Source: an uncultured Candidatus Saccharibacteria bacterium (GTDB lineage Bacteria > Patescibacteriota > Saccharimonadia > CAILAD01 > BJGX01). From it: 64,000 nucleotides of DNA. Positions 37,549 through 45,923 of the stretch are shown one piece after another; within the stretch, counting starts at the first letter, position 1; the number at the start of each line of letters is the position of its first letter. The notes under the pieces were generated by a model, which had not been told where the DNA came from, ran no database searches, and saw only the letters and a list, made by a program, of their open reading frames with translations. Location of the stretch: positions 922 through 64,921 of the forward strand of contig CAYMHI010000004.1 in assembly GCA_964390265.1 (NCBI GenBank), read 5' to 3'. Made by a program: the position numbers and the translations under genes.

Positions 37549-38352
37549 TTAGCTCGGCTGTTCTGCCAACTGCCTTTTGTGCTGCGCAATAACCTCGGTG
37601 TGAGCCTCGAGGATTTCTAGCTCTTTTACAACTTCGCTATACGGCATATTGCTACAGCTAGCATCAGAGCTCCGCTTTGGGGTTGGCATAGATATGGGCG
37701 AGAATACCACCAAGCCACCTGAGAACTTACAGCTCACCCCTAGAGCCTGCTTCAAAGCATTGAGCTTGGGTAGAGCATCGGAGTCAAGTGACTGGTTGAT
37801 CCAGTCTGGTACCCAATAGTGGTCTTCGGCGATTATCATTTGGGGGTGAGTAACCCAAAACCCTTCACGTTTAAGAGTTACCCTCAAGCCCCCGGGTTCA
37901 ATCCCCTGGTGGGCATAGATATCTTCTATTTCAGCCAAGCGAGCATCGTACGCATCAACAAACTCTCTATACGATTTCACTTGACCAACTCTAACCAGCT
38001 TGCACAGATTACATCGAATATCACTATTTTGGCTAAGTACGACCATCAGCTTTTTCCACGGGTTGTGAATATTACAGGTATAGGTTATTTGGTTTTTACC
38101 ACAGCCCACACAAGGGCCCAATAGCGTTACTCTGCCATCGAAAGCATTTTTGCGCTTAGGTGCGGACGCGCCGCTACTATAGCCCCTCACCTTGTAGCCG
38201 TTTATCTCAATCCCTTGCAGCCACAATCCTCTTTTGGCGGCCTCATCGAGAGTCAGCTGCACTTCACCAAAAAAATCATATTGCTGTTCTGATGGTGCAG
38301 GCATGCTTGCTCTTCTACCTTGATCGGCTCCAAACACTCTTCGCATAGTCAA
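37549..38352 (-). CDS. Hypothetical 2x CxxC protein, paralog A
   Basis: CVGC and CNLC; aligns by eye with the adjacent ORF; SD AAGGAG. Confidence 0.7.
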   Translation of the reverse strand: MTMRRVFGADQGRRASMPAPSEQQYDFFGEVQLTLDEAAKRGLWLQGIEINGYKVRGYSSGASAPKRKNAFDGRVTLLGPCVGCGKNQITYTCNIHNPWKKLMVVLSQNSDIRCNLCKLVRVGQVKSYREFVDAYDARLAEIEDIYAHQGIEPGGLRVTLKREGFWVTHPQMIIAEDHYWVPDWINQSLDSDALPKLNALKQALGVSCKFSGGLVVFSPISMPTPKRSSDASCSNMPYSEVVKELEILEAHTEVIAQHKRQLAEQPS

Positions 38353-38380
38353 CTTATCTCTCCTTGGTAGGTACTAGGCA

Positions 38381-38427
38381 GTATTGTACAGTATATAAAT
38401 AAAATCCCCAAGAGTTTCTTGGGGTAT
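38381..38427. repeat. 47 bp terminator+promoter module, copy 2
   Basis: 45/47 identical to 37493-37539. Confidence 0.9.
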
Positions 38428-38443
38428 TGGACGAGATAATTAT

Positions 38444-39265
38444 TTACGGCTTGCTTCTCGACACTTGATGAGCCTGCTGAATAGCTTGGTGGGCTTGGTA
38501 CTTTTGGAGTAGATCCTGAGCCCGTTCGAGATCAATAAAGCCTCGGATAAAAAACAGATTATCCCACGTGGGGATTTGGCAGTATATCAAAAATCCTTCC
38601 TCAACCCTTAACTCCACCCCAAGCTCATTTGCAAAAGCTTGGTGTTGCTGCAGAGCTTGAGCGCTACCGGTTTGATCGATCCAGTTCGGGAACCAACCTG
38701 GCCAGCTACTATTGGTTAGGATACAGATGCCAGGGTGTTTTACTACACGCTTATCGAATGTAGGCTCAGCCTGGCCTTGACCGACGAAAGCCTGCACAAT
38801 TGCAGCCCTGCGTACCTGGCAGGCATCAACGTAATCTGCAAGCTTCCCAACGGTGCTAGACGTAACATTATTACACATCTCGCAACGAAAGCTGGAGTCG
38901 TTACGCCTATCACGCTCAATAATACTTGCAGGTTGGTTGATGTGATAGTTTTTTTTCACCCGACTGTGTCCGCAGTACCAACAGTCAGCTTCAACGACTA
39001 CCCTGCCTTCAAATGGACGTAGTCGCCATAAATCGGGAATGTGTTGATTACTACCCGAACCAACTCCAGCACGTACAAGATACTCACCAATTTCTAGCCC
39101 GCTGCCATATAGATATTTTTTGGTTTGATCGTCTAGCGTGACGCTGGCAATACCAAAAAAATCAAAAACCGTTTGTTCTGGCAGCTCGACAACAGCAATA
39201 TCGCTTGTAGCTTTTCCTCCTGGCGTTGATGTTTCATCTGATTTGTTTCTGCCCCTAAATGCCAC
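38444..39265 (-). CDS. Hypothetical 2x CxxC protein, paralog B
   Basis: CWYC and CEMC; start placed at GTG 39265 behind SD AGGAGG. Confidence 0.7.
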   Translation of the reverse strand: MAFRGRNKSDETSTPGGKATSDIAVVELPEQTVFDFFGIASVTLDDQTKKYLYGSGLEIGEYLVRAGVGSGSNQHIPDLWRLRPFEGRVVVEADCWYCGHSRVKKNYHINQPASIIERDRRNDSSFRCEMCNNVTSSTVGKLADYVDACQVRRAAIVQAFVGQGQAEPTFDKRVVKHPGICILTNSSWPGWFPNWIDQTGSAQALQQHQAFANELGVELRVEEGFLIYCQIPTWDNLFFIRGFIDLERAQDLLQKYQAHQAIQQAHQVSRSKP

Positions 39266-39322
39266 TAGCAACCTTCCTCCTTGGTAGGTACACCTGAGCG
39301 ACTTGCCCATAAATCATTGGCT

Positions 39323-39351
39323 ATTGTATGCACATAAGCTGTTATTGTCAA
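39323..39351 (-). promoter_or_regulatory. Sigma70-type promoter, overlapping a divergent one
   Basis: Minus strand TTGACA-17-TACAAT; plus strand TTGTCA(39345)-18-TACAAT(39369). Confidence 0.65.
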
Positions 39352-39465
39352 TCTACTCAGCAACATGCTACAATCCTACCCAAGAGTCTAATATGTGCAT
39401 TCATGGCCAATGGGGTTACCCGAGGCTACCCGGCTCTTACTGCACCTACCCACCCACCATAGCCA

Positions 39466-40026
39466 GTGGCGTATGCCGAGGCGATTGGAGAAATGAACAT
39501 GACAATGACCAAGAGTTTTTACACCGATTGGCTGCTTAGCAAATTGCGTGGCGACGAGATAGTGTTGCGCATGAATGCGAGTACCCAGCAGTATAAGCAG
39601 CGCGCCAATATTGCCCGCGGTGAAGCATTTGCCTACTACTCAGATGCCGAGATGCCTATGGCCTGCCACATTCTCTACCGCGCATGGGTACAGCCAGATG
39701 GCAAGAATTACCTCTACGATCTCATTCAGACACCTTTCCCCCATGCTACGGCTGAGTGGGAAAATACAATCATGGAGATCATCAAAAACTGGAGTAGTGC
39801 GTGGCTAGCTGATGAAAGTAATGTTTTTACTCTGCAGACACCATTCAATCAAATGGTGGTCAAATCGCACCCCACTGTGCTAACCCACTTGGCGCGAATG
39901 CACGGTATGCTAGTATATCGCCCAAGCGACCCATTCGCGGCGGTACTCAGAGACATTGCCGCTAAGCGACTAGATGCCGTCATCAGAAATGGTGGCCGCG
40001 ACTGGGCCAGTGCCCTAGGTATGTAA
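39466..40026 (+). CDS. Hypothetical protein
   Basis: 186 aa ORF (start may be ~39499) followed by a hairpin terminator at 40031-40058. Confidence 0.65.
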   Translation: MAYAEAIGEMNMTMTKSFYTDWLLSKLRGDEIVLRMNASTQQYKQRANIARGEAFAYYSDAEMPMACHILYRAWVQPDGKNYLYDLIQTPFPHATAEWENTIMEIIKNWSSAWLADESNVFTLQTPFNQMVVKSHPTVLTHLARMHGMLVYRPSDPFAAVLRDIAAKRLDAVIRNGGRDWASALGM

Positions 40027-40148
40027 ACCTTACCCCGATGTATTTCGGGGCTTTTTTATATAAAACTTATTAAAAAGGCTATGCTTGTTATTTCTTATCT
40101 AGATATGATAGAATATGCAAGTCATACTGTCGAGCGTAAGGCAAATAG

Positions 40149-40571
40149 ATGGATCTCAAACCACTACCTAATAATGGCGATGTATCGCCAGAAGAGTTTA
40201 AAAGGCTCTTTGAAGAACGTCTGGGCAACCTATACTCACGAGCAATGAGCGCCTTGATGACCTTGGGTGCCATGCATTCATTTAGCGTCGCCAATTGCAT
40301 TCATCTTGGTTTGCAAAAAGGAAATGTTGAGATAGTGGTAGAGAAAATAGAACAATGGTGTGAACTTTTCCCGAAAGCACCAGATGCAATTACGGCACAT
40401 GTGGATACTAAGCTTTTCTTTGATATTTTGTATCCAAGACTATTTATGACCCCCCATGATACCATTGACGGCCTAGGGCCATTTGAGGTGGTTGGTGAAT
40501 CTAAAACAAACAGGTATTTAACATACGCACCAATGAGCAGCGAACCCAAACTTTGGGTGCCTGGCTCCTAA
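40149..40571 (+). CDS. Hypothetical protein
   Basis: 140 aa ORF followed by hairpin AATCTCTAG...CTAGAGATT and T-run. Confidence 0.6.
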   Translation: MDLKPLPNNGDVSPEEFKRLFEERLGNLYSRAMSALMTLGAMHSFSVANCIHLGLQKGNVEIVVEKIEQWCELFPKAPDAITAHVDTKLFFDILYPRLFMTPHDTIDGLGPFEVVGESKTNRYLTYAPMSSEPKLWVPGS

Positions 40572-40709
40572 AAATACAATCTCTAGTAATCAAACTAGAG
40601 ATTTTTATTTTATGAATATTCGAAGGCTTTTACCTGCTAAATATATTTTAGCTGTCTAAAAAAATGGCTTTAGTATTTAACTAAAACCATTAATACCCTA
40701 CTCATCAAT

Positions 40710-41066
40710 TCAGTTGGGGCCGCCAAAAAACCCAATACAAACTCCAACCGATGGCACCTCGGCCCCTGGCAAGTGGGAGCATAAATAGTAAATAGCATCG
40801 GTCATCTCATCTTCAATCTCTTCTAGATCACCGTCACGTTCACGAGTCCACCACGCCATACAACTAAACCCAATATCTACCGGCATACTGCTTGTAGGGA
40901 GAGCCTTGTAGACCGTTACCTGCTGCCCTGGTTGCATAGTCTCACCCCAGAATTCGTTGAAAAGTGCGGCAGTAATCTGTTCGACTAGGCGTTCAAAATC
41001 ATCTCCCCAACACTTTTTTACTGCAGCATCGCCCTTGGGCGTTCTCATTTGGTGTATGTGTGGCAT
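40710..41066 (-). CDS. Hypothetical protein, possibly tautomerase/MIF-like fold
   Basis: 118 aa, begins MPHIH (Pro1 after Met removal), apparent repeated beta-alpha-beta pattern; SD AAGGA. Confidence 0.5.
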   Translation of the reverse strand: MPHIHQMRTPKGDAAVKKCWGDDFERLVEQITAALFNEFWGETMQPGQQVTVYKALPTSSMPVDIGFSCMAWWTRERDGDLEEIEDEMTDAIYYLCSHLPGAEVPSVGVCIGFFGGPN

Positions 41067-41239
41067 GTGCTATCCTTTTGGTAGGTGCTTGATTACTGGC
41101 ATATAATACACTTAGTTTGAAATATTTTCAAGCAATATAAGAAAGGTGAAGTAGTAATAATAGGTAGTAAAACAGCTCATAGAATATTTTCTACGAGCTG
41201 TTACAGGGCTAGCTGCCCGGGCAAACTAGGGCGATTTGT

Positions 41240-41614
41240 CTATACTACAACCTCACCTGTCACCATACAGTCAGTACTGATGGCTATACCTACTGTTAAT
41301 TCACCAAATATGATATTGGTGAAAATGACACGTACTTCTTCGGGGTCAATGCCTTCAATGGTGAATTCGATTGCACGAGGATCATCTGGGTCAAAATGAG
41401 TGGTTACTTGCCGAAAAACACCCAGGCATCCAACTATAATATCACCAACTTCAAACAATGCCCCAGATTTTACAAGCTCATCGAGCTTGGCGCTTGGAAA
41501 GTCCATACTCGGCAGAAGATCTGGCATGACTAGCTCTACATTGGTCTGAACTCTCCAGCGATTATCGCCGTCTACGTTTGTGTATGCGGTGATTTGAATA
41601 TTTTCTGCCATCAC
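41240..41614 (-). CDS. Acidic hypothetical protein
   Basis: 124 aa ORF with downstream hairpin 41171-41202. Confidence 0.55.
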   Translation of the reverse strand: MMAENIQITAYTNVDGDNRWRVQTNVELVMPDLLPSMDFPSAKLDELVKSGALFEVGDIIVGCLGVFRQVTTHFDPDDPRAIEFTIEGIDPEEVRVIFTNIIFGELTVGIAISTDCMVTGEVVV

Positions 41615-41789
41615 CCTTCTCTTTTAGATAGGCTACATTGGCAAACAATACTATATCATTAAATACATCAGATTCCAACCATAACAATTAGACGTTTGGG
41701 CAGTCAAAGTGACTGCAAAATTACATGTTGTTGTACATTTGCCCGTAATTACTCATCAAAAAAAGACCAGTTTATATCTGATCTTTTTT

Positions 41790-42179
41790 TGGTGGAGCTG
41801 GAGGGAATCGCACCCTCGTCCACGAGGCTTAACGATATATCGTCTACAAGCATAGTTGATTTAAGATTGTTTTAAAAGTTATCTACCCCATTAATCAACA
41901 AACAGGTAAATCGCTTCTTAGAGCTATAGTCTTAGACGCTCTCGGCTCTAAGCAAGATCGTAGCAACCAGATAATTGGCGCCTACTTACTAATCTGGCGT
42001 CGGTAAGTGAGACGGCACACTCAATTAAGCGTATGCTGGTGCAAAGCTAGGAGTGCGTACTGCATTCACTAGATTGCGCATAAGTGTATTTGCACTTAAA
42101 TTGTTGGAACGGCTAACGTGCATTCCAGGTCGGCTCGCAAATATATTTTAAGGTCCCCATGTCGAAGCTTAGCAGCCCC
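41790..42179 (-). ncRNA. ssrA: tmRNA
   Basis: 5' GGGGCTG, 3' T-arm and CAGCTCCACCA; tag frame ANTLMRNLVNAVRTPSFAPAYA* at 42093-42025; smpB is in the window. Confidence 0.95.
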
Positions 42180-42189
42180 ATAACCAAGT

Positions 42190-42218
42190 ATTTTACTTGT
42201 ATTTGTGCGTATTGTCAA
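42190..42218 (-). promoter_or_regulatory. ssrA promoter
   Basis: TTGACA-17-TAAAAT about 10 nt before the tmRNA 5' end. Confidence 0.7.
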
Positions 42219-42302
42219 GAGCGCTTATGGTTTTGTTAATTAGATAATTGACTATATCTATTGCTTGGTCTAGAATTAAGCATAAGAATAATCCACTCTA
42301 CT

Positions 42303-43487
42303 ATGCCAGCAAAAACCAAGGCCAAGAGCCGAGTTAGTAAAAAGAATCGCTACAAGAAAATATCTGTCCCCAAATGGGCGCTGATACTTATAGTATTGGT
42401 ATTTACCAGTCTGGGTGTGTTTTTAATTTACACCTCTTTTGCCTCAGCCAAGCCCAACCTGAGGTTTCAGATATTAAAAAATGAGGCTTGCACCAACTTT
42501 GTAGGTGCCAGCAACTCTAACGTACATATACGAATATTCAGGACTACAGGCTCAGAGACTATTAACAATATATCGGTAAAAGTAGACGGTAGTCCGGTCG
42601 CCACCAGCCCAAGCTCAATCAACGGTCCAGTCACCAACTTAATGATCGCTAGCCCTAACTTAAGCCCATCTCCATCTAATCACACCATTACTGTATTTGG
42701 TAGAAAGGGCTCTCAAAACGTAGAGTTTCAGCCATATTGTGAGGCTAGCGGCAGCACCAACCGCGTAGTAACGGTTACTCCCACCACACCAGTGCCGCCA
42801 GTAGCTCCTGGTAATTCAGGTCAAGGAACTGGTCTAGAGTCTAGCACAGGGGGTGCAAGATATTTACAAGTGTCACCTAAGCGATTTAGAGTATGGGAAC
42901 AAGCCAATATGTACGACTTAGATACACTTCAGGTAACAAGAGTGCTGAACCCTGGAGATATTCTCAACAATGTCACCCGCCTGGCTTATCTCAACGGTGC
43001 CTATTTTATCTCGCAAAACCCATCTAGCACTAATGGTAAAAATACCGGTATATTTGCTAATAAAGCATTTGAGATAAACTCTGCAGGCAATCCCTCCAGT
43101 GGTTTGCGTATGGTAAACGGTATGCCTCTGTCCAACCACCGCACCATAGGTGGCGAGTGTACTTCACAAAGGGTTTGGCACGAGGGGCTAAATAATAATC
43201 TTGTAGCGGCCATACAGCGCATTGAGCTACATTTGGGCAGAGAAGTACCATTAGTAACGGCATTTCGTTCATATAACGAGCAGAGTTGCCTATACAACAG
43301 ATATGCTGGCACCGGCCAGCCAGTCGCCTCGCCTGGCACCTCCAACCACGAGAGAGGCATGGCTGTAGATGTAGACAGAACCTGGCTTAACAGCAGTAAT
43401 TATCGCGATATATTTAGACAGTACTCACTGTGCGAGAATGTTTCAAACGACCCAGGACATTTTGAGATTTGTGGCGGTAAACGTTAG
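42303..43487 (+). CDS. Membrane-anchored M15-family (VanY-like) peptidoglycan peptidase
   Basis: Basic N-terminus, TM, C-terminal FRSYNEQ...PGTSNHERGMAVDV...DPGHFE. Start at ATG 42303. Confidence 0.8.
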   Translation: MPAKTKAKSRVSKKNRYKKISVPKWALILIVLVFTSLGVFLIYTSFASAKPNLRFQILKNEACTNFVGASNSNVHIRIFRTTGSETINNISVKVDGSPVATSPSSINGPVTNLMIASPNLSPSPSNHTITVFGRKGSQNVEFQPYCEASGSTNRVVTVTPTTPVPPVAPGNSGQGTGLESSTGGARYLQVSPKRFRVWEQANMYDLDTLQVTRVLNPGDILNNVTRLAYLNGAYFISQNPSSTNGKNTGIFANKAFEINSAGNPSSGLRMVNGMPLSNHRTIGGECTSQRVWHEGLNNNLVAAIQRIELHLGREVPLVTAFRSYNEQSCLYNRYAGTGQPVASPGTSNHERGMAVDVDRTWLNSSNYRDIFRQYSLCENVSNDPGHFEICGGKR

Positions 43488-43539
43488 AATTTACAAAATC
43501 AAATAATAGATAGTTTCTTAATACAGACTATAGATAATT

Positions 43540-44757
43540 TTAGGAGTTAGTTTCTTTGTTATTATAATTTGCTATCACCTCTCGATACATCTGATTGTAT
43601 TTAACCCAAGTATCTTTAATATTGTGTTGTTTTATTAACTTCAAGCTCCCCCTGCTATATTCTTTAAGCCTAACAGGGTCCTGCAATACCCCACCCACTA
43701 ACCGTGCTAATTCAACTGGATTGCCGTCACTAAAAATTCCGCCATTAATGCCTTTAATAGCCAACTCCTTAAGTGCACCTTTATTGCCAGCAAATATTGG
43801 TAAGCCAGCTGCCATGGCTTCGAGAGTTACAATGCTTTGAAGTTCTACCGGCGAAGCAATAACAAATGCATCGCACAGAGCCATATACTCGTGCTTGGTA
43901 AAAATTCTAGGAACATAACCGGTAAATATTACCTTATTTGCTAGATTGAGCTTGTTCACTAATCGTTTAAGGCCCCTTTCGGCGTTGCCATCACCTATCA
44001 ACACAAGCTGCACGTCATTTTGTTTCTCAAGTATGCTAAGGGCGCGAATAATCACATCTATTCGTTTCTCTACTCCTAGCCTGCCTGCGTATAGCAACAC
44101 ATATTGGGCAGTGATCCCTAGCTTTTTTTTGAGCTCCTCTGTCCTTTCAGGCGTAAGTTCGATAGGCTTATTAAGCTTGAGGTCAAGACCATTAGAGATA
44201 ACAGTAGTAGGCACTTTTAGACCATGGCGTGTGAGGTAATTTATACCCGTCTGCGTGGGTGAAACTACCATATTTCCTTTATTGTAAACACTTGCGATGT
44301 AGTGCCATCCCCAGCCATCAATAGTTTTATTAATTCTTCTAAATCTTCTCAAGCTCAATGTAAAACTCTCAGGCATAAGATGATTACCAAAAACTATCGG
44401 TATATGGTGTGATTTGGCATAACGTAGCAGAACCTTGCTTATTGGAAACAAATTGTTGGCGTGAATTACATCGGGCTGGTTCTTATTGGCCTCAAGATAG
44501 CCATTAATTTGTGACTGAGCCCGCCAAGCAACTCGTAGTTTTTTTTGAAACAAAGCACTCACAGATTGAACGCGCAAGATATCGTAGCCCATCGCGTCTT
44601 TTTGAATTTTGGGGGTTTGCATGCCTTTTGGTGCAGGTGCAATCACTGTTACTCGCCAGCCCGATCGCACCATATTAATAGCCATATTCTCTGTCACGGT
44701 TTCGGTGCCGCCAATACTTGGCTTGAACAAGTCTGAACCAATTAATAGATGCTTCAT
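43540..44757 (-). CDS. GT4 glycosyltransferase
   Basis: GGTE, YAGRLGVEKRID, ELQSIVTLEAMAAGLP. Confidence 0.9.
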   Translation of the reverse strand: MKHLLIGSDLFKPSIGGTETVTENMAINMVRSGWRVTVIAPAPKGMQTPKIQKDAMGYDILRVQSVSALFQKKLRVAWRAQSQINGYLEANKNQPDVIHANNLFPISKVLLRYAKSHHIPIVFGNHLMPESFTLSLRRFRRINKTIDGWGWHYIASVYNKGNMVVSPTQTGINYLTRHGLKVPTTVISNGLDLKLNKPIELTPERTEELKKKLGITAQYVLLYAGRLGVEKRIDVIIRALSILEKQNDVQLVLIGDGNAERGLKRLVNKLNLANKVIFTGYVPRIFTKHEYMALCDAFVIASPVELQSIVTLEAMAAGLPIFAGNKGALKELAIKGINGGIFSDGNPVELARLVGGVLQDPVRLKEYSRGSLKLIKQHNIKDTWVKYNQMYREVIANYNNKETNS

Positions 44758-44804
44758 AATCCAATTATAGCTTATTTTGGAGTTCTTATATATGATGATA
44801 TAAG

Positions 44805-45914
44805 ATGAAAAAAGTACTGATTCTTACCACCAGCTATGGCCAAGGTCACATTGCCACAGCTCGGGCAATTGAAGAAGGCCTTAGGGCTACAAGTAAGTCA
44901 CCACTTTCTGTAGAGATAGTTGATTTTACTGAGACAATCAGCAATCTTCTAAATAAAACATCAAAACGAATGTATGAAGATACTTCTAAATATGCCCCTC
45001 TACTATACAAATTATTTTTTGATTCTACCGATTTCTCACTACCTTTTAAGGCCTTAAATAGCTTCAATTACTATCTAAGCCGCGAAAAGATAGATAAGCT
45101 TTTTGTTCAAAAAGACCCAGATTTGATAATATGCAACTCGCCGCATTGGCAATATATAGCCTCGCTAGCTAGAGAGAAAAAATTTGCCGATGTACCGCTA
45201 ATATCAGTTATAACAGATTCAATTACTATTCATGCATCTTGGACGATTGGTGACTCAGACTACTACATTGTACCTAACCACGAAACAGCACAGTCACTAC
45301 GCTACCTAGGGGTGGAGCCTGACAAAATAGAAGAGCTAGGTTACCCCATCAGTTTAGCATTTAATGATCATTCTTTTTCGGCCCAAATATTTATTACGGC
45401 CTTAGGCCTCGATAATAACAAAAAAACTTTACTAGTCGCGGCTTCTGGTATGCGCTCGACAACCATTAGTAAAACTATTCGCCAACTTCAGGCCACTATC
45501 TTAGATGCACAGGTCATAGTAGTAACTGGTAGGGACAAAATTTTGTACGATAAACTGAAAACCAATTTTGGCCCCACCATTCATCTAGTTGACTGGACCA
45601 ACGAAATGCCAAAATTTATTTTGGCAAGTGATCTTATTATAACCAAAGCTGGCGGGTCGACTGTGATGGAGTGTATTGGCGCCCAAAAACCAGTAATAAT
45701 CTGCAAAATAATCCCCGGTCAAGAAGAAGGCAATGCCGAATATATTACCAAACACCACCTAGGAGTAGTTGCCCTAGAGCCCGATATGATAGGGCACGCT
45801 GCCCAAAAAATACTAACTCACCAAGGTATATATAAACGCAACCTAAAACAAGCGGCACAACCAAATGCAGCGCTTACTATTGCTAAATTTTTGATCAAGC
45901 TAATGAATAAATAG
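44805..45914 (+). CDS. MGDG synthase/UgtP-like GT28 glycosyltransferase
   Basis: SYGQGHIATA, VITD, ITKAGGSTVME, IPGQEEGNA. Confidence 0.88.
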   Translation: MKKVLILTTSYGQGHIATARAIEEGLRATSKSPLSVEIVDFTETISNLLNKTSKRMYEDTSKYAPLLYKLFFDSTDFSLPFKALNSFNYYLSREKIDKLFVQKDPDLIICNSPHWQYIASLAREKKFADVPLISVITDSITIHASWTIGDSDYYIVPNHETAQSLRYLGVEPDKIEELGYPISLAFNDHSFSAQIFITALGLDNNKKTLLVAASGMRSTTISKTIRQLQATILDAQVIVVTGRDKILYDKLKTNFGPTIHLVDWTNEMPKFILASDLIITKAGGSTVMECIGAQKPVIICKIIPGQEEGNAEYITKHHLGVVALEPDMIGHAAQKILTHQGIYKRNLKQAAQPNAALTIAKFLIKLMNK

Positions 45915-45923
45915 AGTATCAGC

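Noticed and set aside
37493-38427. CRISPR or attC interpretation of the 47 bp repeats
   Set aside because: Only two copies about 890 bp apart, no cas or intI, no RYYYAAC/GTTRRRY ends; a terminator plus promoter explains the sequence.
36400-41790. Prophage or integrative element at tmRNA
   Set aside because: No integrase or phage genes, and no duplicated tmRNA 3' end found at the far boundary.
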